Notes: generated by a model from the letters alone, not told the origin. Counted from the first letter of the stretch, positions 7,969 through 18,073 are shown. The stretch is DNA of 64,000 bases from Calditrichales bacterium (GCA_965267575.1 OZ254086.1:1856141-1920140), one strand, 5' to 3'. Translations and numbers: made by a program.

Positions 7969-8724
7969 TTATCCGCAGAGCACGCTGCCGGCATTGATGT
8001 TCATTACCTCGCCGGTAATGGCCCGCGACTTATCCGATGCCAGAAAGGCGATGCCGTGGGCGATATCTTCCGCTTCCGGTATAAAACCCAGCGCCATCTT
8101 CTTTTTAAGTTTGGCTTCGTCTTTTTTCATTGTTTCCGCGGTCATGTCGGTTTTTACCCAGCCCGGCGCCACGCAGTTTATGCGGATGCCCAGATCGCCC
8201 AGTTCCGCGCACATGGATTTGCTGTAGCTGATAATCGCGCCTTTGGTGGCGGCATAATGCGCGTGGTAGGTTTCACCCACCTGCCCGGCCGTGGATGAAA
8301 TATTAATGATCGAGCCTTTGATTTTGTGCTCCTTCATATGCCGGGCCAGCATGGTGGTAAAATAAAAGACGCTGTCCAGGTTTATCTGTACCATCTTGCG
8401 CCACTCGTCCACGGTAAACGTATCCAGGTGCGCTTCTTTCCAGATACCGGCGTTGTTAACAAGTATGTCAATCTTTTCAAATTTGTCGACCACCTTATTG
8501 ATAAACAGTTGCACTTCCTGGTAATCGCTTACATCGCACTCGGCAAAGAACACCGCGCCGGGGTAACGTTCGCACTCCTGCGAGAGCTGATCGGCTGCCC
8601 GGTAGTTTTTGTTGTAGTTAAAGGCCACATTCGCGCCAAGCTGCATAAACAATCGTACGCAAGCCGCACCAATACCGCGACTTCCGCCTGTTATCAGGAC
8701 GTTCTTCCCGCTGAAGTCCAGCAT
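7969..8724 (-). CDS. SDR-family oxidoreductase (FabG-like)
   Basis: TGGSRGIG, NNAG and S...YxxxK motifs are present. The start was moved to the ATG preceded by AAGGAG (MLDFSGK...). Confidence 0.85.
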   Translation of the reverse strand: MLDFSGKNVLITGGSRGIGAACVRLFMQLGANVAFNYNKNYRAADQLSQECERYPGAVFFAECDVSDYQEVQLFINKVVDKFEKIDILVNNAGIWKEAHLDTFTVDEWRKMVQINLDSVFYFTTMLARHMKEHKIKGSIINISSTAGQVGETYHAHYAATKGAIISYSKSMCAELGDLGIRINCVAPGWVKTDMTAETMKKDEAKLKKKMALGFIPEAEDIAHGIAFLASDKSRAITGEVMNINAGSVLCG

Positions 8725-8963
8725 ACATTCTCCTTTTGATAGGGTATAGGGCAAGAGTTAAAGTGGTCGCAACGGAATCGGCAGCCAACTCATTCCGTCA
8801 TGGTAATGACTAACAAAATAAACTGACAAAATCAAATTGAAATCGGCAAAAATATTGTAGCGATTTTCGATTTAAAACAGCTATTATTGATATATGTCAT
8901 TACGGCCATCTTCGGGAATTGGGATTTTGTTGACCTTTTTAACGCAAACACAGCGGGGGAATT

Positions 8964-9989
8964 ATGCAATCCTTTAAGGAATCCGGCATCGAAGTTTTTT
9001 CAACCTGTCCGCAATCCAAGGACGTGGACCGGGAAAAGTATCTGCAAAACGTTAAAGACGTGGCGCGCTGGAGCGAACAGGCCGGTTGCCGGGGCATTCT
9101 GGTTTACACGGATAACGGGATTGTCGATCCCTGGCCGGTAGCCCAGGTCATCATCGAAAATACAAACGAGCTGGCGCCGCTGATCGCCGTGCAGCCCGTG
9201 TACATGCATCCCTATACCGTGGCCAAAATGATATCCACGTTCGGCTACCTGCACAATCGCCGTGTTTACCTGAACATGGTGGCCGGCGGATTCAAAACCG
9301 ATCTGCTGGCGCTGAACGATCAGACGCCGCACGACCAGCGCTACGAACGGCTGACCGAGTACACGCAGATCATCATGCAACTGCTGCAGGCCCAAAAAGG
9401 CGTTACCTATAAAGGTGAATTTTACAAGGTGGAAAACCTGCGTATGACGCCGCCGCTGGCCGACGCGCTGCTGCCCGGTATCTTTGTCTCCGGATCGTCT
9501 CCGGCCGGTTTGGCCGCTGCCAAAGAGATGGGCGCAACGGCGGTGCAATACCCCAAACCGTACCAGGATTACAAGGATGATCCGCCCGATCCGGCGATGA
9601 ATTGCGGCGTGCGCGTGGGCATCATTGCCCGCGACAGCCACGAGGAAGCCTGGAAAGTGGCACACGAACGTTTCCCCGGCGACCGGCAGGGTGAGATCGC
9701 TCACAAGCTGGCCATGAAAGTCTCCGACTCGCACTGGCACAAACAGCTTTCCGACATGGCCGACCAGACCGCATCCGGCGAAACGCCCTATTGGATGTAT
9801 CCTTTCAAAAATTACAAAACATTCTGCCCCTACCTGGTTGGCAGTTATAAGGAAGTAGCCGATGAACTGGCCGGCTACATTTCCGTGGGCTACAAAACAT
9901 TTATCCTCGATATCCCGCCCGACAAGGATGAGCTGAACTACATCAACACGGTGTTCAGCATGGCGGCCAAAAAGGAGAAGGCTTCATGA
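8964..9989 (+). CDS. LLM-class flavin-dependent monooxygenase (SsuD-like)
   Basis: Collinear by eye with SsuD-type luciferase-like monooxygenases. Its stop overlaps the next start (ATGA). Confidence 0.75.
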   Translation: MQSFKESGIEVFSTCPQSKDVDREKYLQNVKDVARWSEQAGCRGILVYTDNGIVDPWPVAQVIIENTNELAPLIAVQPVYMHPYTVAKMISTFGYLHNRRVYLNMVAGGFKTDLLALNDQTPHDQRYERLTEYTQIIMQLLQAQKGVTYKGEFYKVENLRMTPPLADALLPGIFVSGSSPAGLAAAKEMGATAVQYPKPYQDYKDDPPDPAMNCGVRVGIIARDSHEEAWKVAHERFPGDRQGEIAHKLAMKVSDSHWHKQLSDMADQTASGETPYWMYPFKNYKTFCPYLVGSYKEVADELAGYISVGYKTFILDIPPDKDELNYINTVFSMAAKKEKAS

Positions 9990-11569
9990 GCAGATTGCTG
10001 CACAGCTGGGTAACGGAGCAAGCCCAAAAACAACCCGATGCCCCGGCCATAACCCTGAAAAACGAAACGCTTACCTACACCCAACTGGATAAACGCTCTT
10101 CGCGGATTGCCGCCCTGCTGATGCAGCATGGCTGCCAAAAAGGCGACCGCGTCGGCTTGTTGATGAACAAAGACATTACGGCGATCTGCGCCATAATCGG
10201 TGTATTGAAAGCGGGCGGCGCCTATGTGCCGCTGGACCCTTCGAGTCCGGCCAGCCGCCTGGAGCACATGCTGCTGTCGGCCGAGCCGCCGATCATACTT
10301 GCCGCCGGAAAGGTGGATAAAATTGTCAGCGAGATTTATGCCTCCGGCAAGAGCAGCGCCGGCATCGGCCTGCTGGATGAGGCGGCCGATAAAGTCGAAT
10401 CCGATAAGGTGATGTTCCGCTCGGCTGACGTGGCCTCAGCCCTGGAAAAAATATCCGCTGAAGTCACGCCAGAAGATCTGGCTTATATACTTTTTACCTC
10501 CGGCTCAACCGGCGTACCCAAAGGTGTGGCGATCACCCACAGCAACGTGGCCCATTTTGTGGAGTGGGCCGTCGACTATTTCGGCATGGATGCGTCGGAC
10601 AAAACCTCCGGATTTTTCCCGCTGCATTTTGACTTGAGTGTGTTTGACATTTTTTGCAGTTTTGCCGCGGGGGCGCATTTGCACATTGTGCCGGCAGAAG
10701 CCACTTTGCTGCCCAACAAACTGGCCGCTTTCATGCGCGACAGCGAATTGACGCAGTGGTTCAGTGTCCCGTCGATATTGAACTACATGGCCAAATTCGA
10801 TGTTGTCAAACAGGACGACATGCCAAAGCTTAAACGTCTGCTGTGGTGCGGCGAAGTGTTTCCGACGCCGCCGCTGATCTACTGGATGAAAAAGCTGCCG
10901 CATGTGGCTTTTACCAATCTTTACGGGCCCACGGAGGCGACCATTGCCAGCAGTTATTACACACTGCCGCGGGTGCCCGCCGCCGAAACGGACCCCGTGC
11001 CGATCGGTATACCCTGCGCCGGCGAAGAGTTGGTGATCATGAACGGCGATTTGAAAGAAGTGCCGCGCGGTGAAACCGGCGATCTCTATATTAAGGGTGT
11101 CGGGCTGAGCCCGGGCTACTGGCGTGACAAGGACAAAACAGCCGCCGCCTTCCTGACCGATCCGCAAACAGGGGAGAGGATTTACAAGACCGGCGATTTG
11201 GCCTATCTTGGGGATGACAACCTGATCTATTTCCTGGGCCGCGCGGATTCGCAAATTAAGAGCCGCGGCTACCGCATTGAATTAGGTGAAATTGAAACGG
11301 CCCTGAATGCGTTACGCGATCTTCGTGAGGTGGCCGTTGTGGCCGTGGACAGCGGAGGATTTGAAGGCGCCACCATTTGCTGCGCTTATGCCGCGGTAGA
11401 CAGCAAGGACGTGGAGCCCAAGCAGGTGCGCAAGGAGTTGCAGAAAAACCTGCCGTCGTACATGATTCCAACGGAGTGGATGGTTTTGGATGTGCTGCCC
11501 AAAAACGTAAACGGCAAAATCGATCGTAAAAACCTGAGACAACAATTCGAGAAAAAACTGGAAAGCTAA
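9986..11569 (+). CDS. Stand-alone amino-acid adenylation enzyme (DltA-like, ANL superfamily)
   Basis: Core motifs are present: LAYILFTSGSTGVPKGV, HFDLSVFD, NLYGPTE, YKTGDLA, GRADSQIKSRGYRIELGEIE, NGKIDRK. Confidence 0.85.
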   Translation: MSRLLHSWVTEQAQKQPDAPAITLKNETLTYTQLDKRSSRIAALLMQHGCQKGDRVGLLMNKDITAICAIIGVLKAGGAYVPLDPSSPASRLEHMLLSAEPPIILAAGKVDKIVSEIYASGKSSAGIGLLDEAADKVESDKVMFRSADVASALEKISAEVTPEDLAYILFTSGSTGVPKGVAITHSNVAHFVEWAVDYFGMDASDKTSGFFPLHFDLSVFDIFCSFAAGAHLHIVPAEATLLPNKLAAFMRDSELTQWFSVPSILNYMAKFDVVKQDDMPKLKRLLWCGEVFPTPPLIYWMKKLPHVAFTNLYGPTEATIASSYYTLPRVPAAETDPVPIGIPCAGEELVIMNGDLKEVPRGETGDLYIKGVGLSPGYWRDKDKTAAAFLTDPQTGERIYKTGDLAYLGDDNLIYFLGRADSQIKSRGYRIELGEIETALNALRDLREVAVVAVDSGGFEGATICCAYAAVDSKDVEPKQVRKELQKNLPSYMIPTEWMVLDVLPKNVNGKIDRKNLRQQFEKKLES

Positions 11570-11571
11570 GC

Positions 11572-12681
11572 ATGTATCATTTTAAGCGTCTTGCTCTGTG
11601 GGTGTTGATTCTGGCAAATGTCGCCTGTTCCAATCCTGAAGAGGACATAAAAGAGATCACCCTGCCGGAAGGATTTCGCATCGGCATTTTTGCTGAGGAT
11701 GTAAAAGGCGCGCGTTCCATGACCCGCGGCGATGAAGGCACTATTTTTGTCGGCACGCGGCACTCCGGAAATGTCTATGCCCTGCAGGACACTGACGGCG
11801 ACAACAAGATCGATAAGCAGTATACGCTGATGAGCGATCTGTTTATGCCCAATGGCGTTGCTTACCGTAACGGCGATCTCTACGTGGCCGAGGTGAATAA
11901 AGTCTGGCGCCTGCCGGATATTGAAAATTCCCTCGATAATCCCAATCCCGAATTGCTTTATGACAACCTGCCCGATGAAAAAAGCCATGGCTGGAAATAC
12001 ATTGCCTTCGGGCCCGATGACAAGCTGTACATTCCCATCGGCGCGCCCTGCAATGTCTGCGAGCGCGACGACGAACGCTATGCTACCATTAACCGCATCA
12101 ACCCCGATGGCAGCGGCTTTGAGATCTACGCCCGCGGTGTGCGCAACAGCGTCGGCTTTGACTGGCACCCGGAAACCGGCGAGCTGTGGTTTACCGACAA
12201 CGGCCGCGACTGGATGGGTGACGATATTCCGCCTGATGAATTGAACCACGCGCCGCAGCCCGGTCTTCATTTTGGATTTCCCTACTGGCATGGCAGCGGT
12301 GTAAAGGACCCCGAGTTTGGCGACAAGATGGCGCTGGAAGAAGTGACAAAGCCCGTGCAGGATTTGGGTCCGCATGTGGCGGCGCTGGGTATGAATTTTT
12401 ATGATGGCGATATGTTTCCTCCGGAATACCGCCATCAGGTGTTTATTGCCGAGCACGGCTCCTGGAACCGCACCGAGCCCATTGGCTATCGCGTTACACT
12501 TGTGCGCCTGGATGATGAAGGCAACTCCCTGGGCTATGAAGTTTTTGCCGAGGGCTGGCTGAAAGAAGACGGCACGGTAATCGGCCGGCCGGTGGACGTT
12601 TTTGAAATGCCCGACGGGTCGCTGCTGGTTTCCGATGATTACGCCAGCCTGATCTACAGAATCTGGTACGAAGGCAGCTGA
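11572..12681 (+). CDS. PQQ-dependent sugar (glucose/sorbosone) dehydrogenase-like beta-propeller lipoprotein
   Basis: Lipoprotein signal (LILANVACS). GSDH-family pattern (PNGVAY, GPDDKLYI, RNSVGFDWHP.TGELWFTDNGRD). Confidence 0.75.
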   Translation: MYHFKRLALWVLILANVACSNPEEDIKEITLPEGFRIGIFAEDVKGARSMTRGDEGTIFVGTRHSGNVYALQDTDGDNKIDKQYTLMSDLFMPNGVAYRNGDLYVAEVNKVWRLPDIENSLDNPNPELLYDNLPDEKSHGWKYIAFGPDDKLYIPIGAPCNVCERDDERYATINRINPDGSGFEIYARGVRNSVGFDWHPETGELWFTDNGRDWMGDDIPPDELNHAPQPGLHFGFPYWHGSGVKDPEFGDKMALEEVTKPVQDLGPHVAALGMNFYDGDMFPPEYRHQVFIAEHGSWNRTEPIGYRVTLVRLDDEGNSLGYEVFAEGWLKEDGTVIGRPVDVFEMPDGSLLVSDDYASLIYRIWYEGS

Positions 12682-13601
12682 TGGCGAAACGCCTTAATAT
12701 ACTTCTTGTGGCTGAGGAGTCGGCCGGCATTCAGATGCTGCGCGCCATTCAAAAGTCGGATCATAACCTGGTGGCGGTGCTGGCTTCGGAAAAGAAAGCG
12801 CAGGGCAGCAGTGCCTCTGTGTGGGCCACCGCGCAAAAACTGGATGTGCGTCTTTGGTCCGCCAAAAATGTCAAACAGGCCGGGTTTGCCGAGACGCTGC
12901 GCGAAGAAGCGATCGACATTTTATTAAATGTACACTCACTTTACATCATTAACGAAGAGGTGCTGAAAGCGCCGCGCATCGGAGCCTTTAATATTCATCC
13001 CGGGCCGCTGCCGCACATGGCCGGGCTGAATGCGCCGAGCTGGGCCATTTACAAGGGTCACAAAACCCACGCCGTCACCATTCACAAAATGGAGCCGGGC
13101 ATCGATACGGGCGCCATCGTTTATCAGAAAAGTTTTCCAATTGGCGATCGTGATACGGGTTTAAGCGTCGCCCTGCAGTGCATCAGGGAAGGCCTGCCGC
13201 TTTTGCAAAAGCTGCTGGATACGGCGGCTGAAGATCCGCGGGCCATACCGGCGCAAAAGCAGGACCTGGATAAAAGAAACTACTACAGCAAACAGGTGCC
13301 GCAGGAGGGAAAAATCGATTGGAACAAGCCGGCAGGTGATGTCCACAACTTTATCCGCGCCTGCGATTACGCGCCGTTTCCCAGCCCCTGGGGCCATCCG
13401 CGGGTGGAGTGTGGCGGCACAGACGTAACGATTACGCAAAGCGCGCTTACGGGAAAAAGTTGTGATGCCGCCCCCGGCACAATCCTCCGTATGGATGAAA
13501 AAACAGTTGCTGCCTGCGCTGATGAGTGGCTGGAAATAAAAAAGGCGCAGCTTGACGGAAGAAAAATTGACCCGGCAGAGTTGCCGAATCTTTGTATTTA
13601 A
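12681..13601 (+). CDS. Fmt/ArnA-like formyltransferase (N- and C-terminal domains)
   Basis: FNIHPGPLP...G and GIDTGAIV supply the Asn-His-Asp triad. The start overlaps the upstream stop (TGATG). Confidence 0.75.
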   Translation: MAKRLNILLVAEESAGIQMLRAIQKSDHNLVAVLASEKKAQGSSASVWATAQKLDVRLWSAKNVKQAGFAETLREEAIDILLNVHSLYIINEEVLKAPRIGAFNIHPGPLPHMAGLNAPSWAIYKGHKTHAVTIHKMEPGIDTGAIVYQKSFPIGDRDTGLSVALQCIREGLPLLQKLLDTAAEDPRAIPAQKQDLDKRNYYSKQVPQEGKIDWNKPAGDVHNFIRACDYAPFPSPWGHPRVECGGTDVTITQSALTGKSCDAAPGTILRMDEKTVAACADEWLEIKKAQLDGRKIDPAELPNLCI

Positions 13602-13627
13602 TCTGAAAGACTAAGCGGGAGACAGGA

Positions 13628-13879
13628 ATGTCATCTATACAAGATGAGATTATTCAGTTTTTTGATGAAGAACTGAATATCGGAGTGCCTTCGGTAGACA
13701 CGGACCTGGTTGAAGAGGGGCTTCTGGATTCACTGACGTTTGTGCAGTTGCTGTTCCATTTCGAGCAGCAGTATGGCATTGAGATGGATCTTGATGAGCT
13801 GGAAATCGATACATTGCGCTCCGTGGAACGTATCGCCAATTTTTTGATGTCGCAGGACGGCATGCACCGCGCCGGCTGA
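13628..13879 (+). CDS. Carrier protein (DltC/PCP-like, phosphopantetheine attachment)
   Basis: 83 aa with the EEGLLDSLTFVQLL motif, which contains the attachment Ser. Confidence 0.75.
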   Translation: MSSIQDEIIQFFDEELNIGVPSVDTDLVEEGLLDSLTFVQLLFHFEQQYGIEMDLDELEIDTLRSVERIANFLMSQDGMHRAG

Positions 13880-13901
13880 ACCGAAGAATGAGGAAGAGAG
13901 A

Positions 13902-15008
13902 ATGACAAGCTATCCGAAAAATATTCGCCCGTTTAAAGAAGCGGACCTTGATGCCGTTTGCGATTTGTACCAGAAGATTCAGCGTGATCCAAAGCAGAAG
14001 GCGCCGGCAGGACTGCGCAGTGATTTCAAAAGCTATTTTCTGGATAATGTCTGGAGCGATCCGGAGATACCGTCTCTTGTTTATGAAGAGAACGGGAAAA
14101 TTATTGGATTTATTGGCAGCCACGTGCGGCCTTTGCAGTACAACGGCAAGCGTGTCCGCGCGGCCTACAGCGGCCAGCTTGTGAGTGATCCGCAGGGTCG
14201 TGCCCGTGCCGCCGGCGCCTTCCTGATGAAGGCTTACATCGAAGGCCCGCAGGATATAACGATGACCGATGGAGCCACCGCCGCCGTGGCCCAGATCTGG
14301 ACGCAACTCGGTGGTGATATCGCGCATGCCCGCTGCCTGCGCTGGACCCGGATACTAAGGCCCACGCGCTTTTTCAGCAGCAAGCTGGGCGAGCGTAACA
14401 TGCTGGCGGTATCAGCGGCGCTTAAGCCTTTCAGCACCCTGCTCGATCCCATTGCCGGCAAGCTGATGAGCAGCGAATACAAACCGTCTGCAAAAAAACA
14501 ATCCGATGAAAAGCTTACCGTAAAAACCTGGCTGGAAAACGTTGACAGTATTTATCCGGCGTCGCAGCTCAAGGGTAATTATTCTGAGGACCAGTTGAGC
14601 TGGTTGCTGGAAAAGGTCAGCGCGCTGGTTTCCCGCGGACGTTTTGAGGAGCACGTTGTGCGCGATGAAAAAGAACGCGTAATAGGCTGGTTTATGTATT
14701 TTCTGGCCGACGATGGTCAGGCCCAGGTTTTGCAGATCGCCGCGAAACCAAAACTGCAGAAGGCGGTGCTGGAGGATTTGTTTAATCATGCCTATCAGCG
14801 CGGATGCGTGGCCCTTCAGGGGCGCGTAGAGCCCTCTTTTATGCAGTCGCTGGATGACGTGGGCTGTATGTTCCGCTATTGGGGACCGTCCACCCTCGTG
14901 CACAGCCGCGATCCCGAGTTGCTTTTAGCCTACCAGAGCGGTCACGATTTCCTCACCCGCCTTGACGGTGAGTGGTGGATGGCCTTTCACCGTGATGAAT
15001 ACCGCTAG
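13902..15008 (+). CDS. GNAT-family acyltransferase, double-length (368 aa)
   Basis: The N-terminus (IRPFKEADLDAV...) and a Q/RGRARAAG-type loop fit GNAT. The C-terminal half was not recognised. Confidence 0.55.
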   Translation: MTSYPKNIRPFKEADLDAVCDLYQKIQRDPKQKAPAGLRSDFKSYFLDNVWSDPEIPSLVYEENGKIIGFIGSHVRPLQYNGKRVRAAYSGQLVSDPQGRARAAGAFLMKAYIEGPQDITMTDGATAAVAQIWTQLGGDIAHARCLRWTRILRPTRFFSSKLGERNMLAVSAALKPFSTLLDPIAGKLMSSEYKPSAKKQSDEKLTVKTWLENVDSIYPASQLKGNYSEDQLSWLLEKVSALVSRGRFEEHVVRDEKERVIGWFMYFLADDGQAQVLQIAAKPKLQKAVLEDLFNHAYQRGCVALQGRVEPSFMQSLDDVGCMFRYWGPSTLVHSRDPELLLAYQSGHDFLTRLDGEWWMAFHRDEYR

Positions 15009-15064
15009 TTGAATTTGGAACTGGGAATTGGGGAATTAAGAATTGCGCATTTGAGATTCCTGTT
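15009..15064. repeat. Degenerate 7-8 nt periodic array built on the GAATT word
   Basis: The sequence reads ttgaattt ggaactgg gaattggg gaattaag aattgcgc atttgaga, starting directly after the GNAT stop. Confidence 0.8.
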
Positions 15065-15226
15065 TTTGACTGCGCTAAACCGACCGACATATCCCTTGCC
15101 CGTTTGGCGTTGGCGAATTGTTGGCTACGGGCAAAATTCTTCATACTTTCATTTTTTGTTAAACGATTAAAAACCTTTTTCCTTAACTTTCTCCGTATTT
15201 GGTCTGTCCCGTAAAAAAGTAAAATT

Positions 15227-16966
15227 ATGAACAAGAAGAACCTTATTAATGTGTTGGAGGATATCGCCGTAATGCTCGAGTTGAAAGGCGAGAATCCGTT
15301 TAAGTCAATTGCGTATACCAATGCCGCCCGCGCCCTCGAGCAGGCCGAAGGCGACGTTTTAGAGATGATCCGCAACGGCGATATCAGCAAGCTGAAGGGA
15401 GTTGGTGATGCTATCTCCAAAAAGCTGCAAACGCTCGTCACGGAAGGACGCCTGCCTTATTATGAAGACCTGAAAGAACAGTTTCCGCCGGGCTTGCTTG
15501 ATATGTTGGAAATTCCCGGAATGGGGCCTAAAAAGGTAAAGATGCTGTTTGAGGACATGCACATCGATACGATTGAAAAGCTGGAGAAAGCCGCTAAAGA
15601 GGACAAATTGAGCGAGCTGGAAGGGTTTGGTAAAAAGACGCAGCAGAAGATTTTGCAGGGTATCGAGCAGTACCGCAAATACAGCGCCCGTTTTCGCCTC
15701 AGCGTAGCCCTTGACGAAGCACAGAAAATTTTGCCTTACCTCAAAAAGAATAAAAAGATTAAGCGAATTGAAGTGGCCGGCAGTCTGCGGCGTTATAAGG
15801 AATCGGCCAAAGATATTGATATCGTTGCTTCCTGCTCGCCGGATGATCGTGAACAGGTAATGGACTATTTTTGCGATTTTGAAGATAAAAAAAGAATCAT
15901 CGGCCACGGGGAAACCAAGTCCAGTATTTTGCTTTTTTCCGGGATGGGCTGCGATCTGCGGCTGGTCGATGACGATGAATTTCCCTATGCGCTGCACCAT
16001 TTTACCGGCAGCCGTGAGCATAACACCGCCATGCGCGGACGGGCCAAAAAAATGAATCTGACGATGAACGAATACGGCTTGTTCAAAAAAGATGACAGCC
16101 GCCTGGATTGTAAGGACGAGAGTGAAATTTTTGCGGCACTGAAACTTTCATACATTCCGCCGGAGCTGCGCGAGGACATGGGTGAGATTGATGCGGCGGA
16201 AAACGACTCCCTGCCGGAGCTTGTTACGGAAGCTGACATCCAGGGCATTTTGCATGCCCATTCCACATGGAGCGACGGAGCGGAGTCAATTAAAACGATG
16301 GCTGAAGAGGTTCGTTCGCGGGGTTACAGCTATCTGGGTATTAGCGATCACAGTAAATCGGTTATTTACGCCAACGGCCTGAATGAAGACCGTGTGAAAC
16401 GTCAGCAGGAAGAGATCGATAAGCTGAATGAGGAGATGCACGGTTTCAGAATATTTAAAGGCATTGAGGTCGATATCCTGCAAAAAGGCAAGCTGGACTA
16501 TGATGACAAAACGCTGGAATCCTTCGATTTTGTGATTGCCGCCGTGCATCAACCCTATAATTTATCGGAAAAAGAGCAGACAGAACGTATCTGCGAAGCA
16601 TTGCGACATCCGGCCGTAAGCATGCTGGCGCACCCCACCGGCCGCCTGATACTCAGCCGCGAGGGCTATGCCGTTGATATGGCCAAAGTTCTTGAGTGCG
16701 CGGCAAAAGAGGGCAAGGCCGTTGAAATAAACGCCCATCCCAAGAGGCTTGATCTGGACTGGCGCTGGGGACGCCTGGCGCGCGACCTGGGCCTGATGAC
16801 ATCTGTGAATCCCGATGCCCATAAAATTGAACATCTGGAATACGTCAAGCTGGGCGTGGGCATTGCCCGTAAGGGATGGTTTGGAGCGGACAAAGTGCTT
16901 AACACACGAAAAAGTGCCGAACTTGAAAAATGGTTTAAGAATGCACACTCTGGAAAAAAGAGCTGA
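15227..16966 (+). CDS. polX: Family X DNA polymerase with a C-terminal PHP domain
   Basis: N-terminal HhH pattern (NPFKSIAYTNAARAL), a GSLRR...DIDI nucleotidyltransferase core, and PHP motifs (HAHSTWSDG...). Confidence 0.9.
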   Translation: MNKKNLINVLEDIAVMLELKGENPFKSIAYTNAARALEQAEGDVLEMIRNGDISKLKGVGDAISKKLQTLVTEGRLPYYEDLKEQFPPGLLDMLEIPGMGPKKVKMLFEDMHIDTIEKLEKAAKEDKLSELEGFGKKTQQKILQGIEQYRKYSARFRLSVALDEAQKILPYLKKNKKIKRIEVAGSLRRYKESAKDIDIVASCSPDDREQVMDYFCDFEDKKRIIGHGETKSSILLFSGMGCDLRLVDDDEFPYALHHFTGSREHNTAMRGRAKKMNLTMNEYGLFKKDDSRLDCKDESEIFAALKLSYIPPELREDMGEIDAAENDSLPELVTEADIQGILHAHSTWSDGAESIKTMAEEVRSRGYSYLGISDHSKSVIYANGLNEDRVKRQQEEIDKLNEEMHGFRIFKGIEVDILQKGKLDYDDKTLESFDFVIAAVHQPYNLSEKEQTERICEALRHPAVSMLAHPTGRLILSREGYAVDMAKVLECAAKEGKAVEINAHPKRLDLDWRWGRLARDLGLMTSVNPDAHKIEHLEYVKLGVGIARKGWFGADKVLNTRKSAELEKWFKNAHSGKKS

Positions 16967-17020
16967 TTTAGCTTATCTTTCATAGCTGTTTTTGATCTAA
17001 CTCCCCGGAGGGAAAATACT

Positions 17021-18073
17021 ATGGCTTATACGATTGCAGTGGATGCGATGGGTGGCGATCATGCGCCCCATGAAGTGGTAAAGGGTGTTGTGGAAGCCTT
17101 GAATGAAGAACCGGATTTGCGTGTCATCCTCGTAGGTGACGAGAAGGCTATTCGCCGGGAACTTGCCGCCAACAATTACTCCGATGATCGCGTGGATATT
17201 GTTCATACCGATCAATCTGTTCCCATGGATGCTTCACCTAAGCCGGCGCTGGAGCAACATCCCAACGCGTCTATTGTCCTGGCGATGAAGCAGGTGAACA
17301 GCGGTACGGCCATGGCCTGCGTGAGTGCCGGTAACACGGGCGCTACCGTTCTTGCGGCAGCACAGAATCTGCAGATGATTGAGGGGCTGGAACGTTCCGC
17401 GCTGGCTGCGATTTATCCCACCGCCAAGTTCACCCCCGAGAGCCGCGGTCACGCGCTTATGCTCGATGTAGGCGCGACAATCAAGTGCAACGCCAAGCAG
17501 CTTGTCCACTTTGCCATTATGGGCCATTACTACATGCAAAAGATTATGGGTATTGATGCGCCGCGCCTGGGTTTGCTTAACAACGGTGAAGAAGCAAGCA
17601 AGGGCGGACCGGTTCTTACCCAGACCTACAAATACCTCAAAGAGATCAAGATGATCAACTTTGCCGGAAACGCTGAAGGCAAGGACATTCCCAAAGGCAC
17701 CTTTGATATTATTGTCTGCGAAGGATTTGTAGGCAACGTGGTGTTGAAGCTTTTGGAAGGCGTGGCTGAGGTGGTCAAGGACACCGGCAAATACGCCTTT
17801 AAAAAGAAGTTTACCTGGAAAATCGGTTTGGCCCTCTTGCGCCAGGGTGTTCACAAGCTGAAAACAAAAACGGATTATTCAGAATATGGCGGCGCACCAA
17901 TTCTGGGCTTTAACAAGATTGTTATCAAGGCCCACGGGCGCTCCAACGCCAAGGCCGTAAAAAATGCGGTTAAAGTGGCTCTGCGCGCCGTGAAACAAGA
18001 CATCATCACGCAGATATCGGGCTCTATACATAAGTTTAATGAAGAGCACCAGATTGATTTTGTGGAAGTATAG
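17021..18073 (+). CDS. plsX: Phosphate acyltransferase PlsX
   Basis: IAVDAMGGDHAP N-terminus and collinear PlsX motifs. Confidence 0.9.
   Translation: MAYTIAVDAMGGDHAPHEVVKGVVEALNEEPDLRVILVGDEKAIRRELAANNYSDDRVDIVHTDQSVPMDASPKPALEQHPNASIVLAMKQVNSGTAMACVSAGNTGATVLAAAQNLQMIEGLERSALAAIYPTAKFTPESRGHALMLDVGATIKCNAKQLVHFAIMGHYYMQKIMGIDAPRLGLLNNGEEASKGGPVLTQTYKYLKEIKMINFAGNAEGKDIPKGTFDIIVCEGFVGNVVLKLLEGVAEVVKDTGKYAFKKKFTWKIGLALLRQGVHKLKTKTDYSEYGGAPILGFNKIVIKAHGRSNAKAVKNAVKVALRAVKQDIITQISGSIHKFNEEHQIDFVEV

Noticed and set aside
9000-12456. Long minus-strand ORFs (9000-9740, 10505-11254, 11566-12456)
   Set aside because: They are antisense to the LLM, adenylation and dehydrogenase genes, which have strong family motifs. 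This is typical GC-rich shadow-ORF composition.
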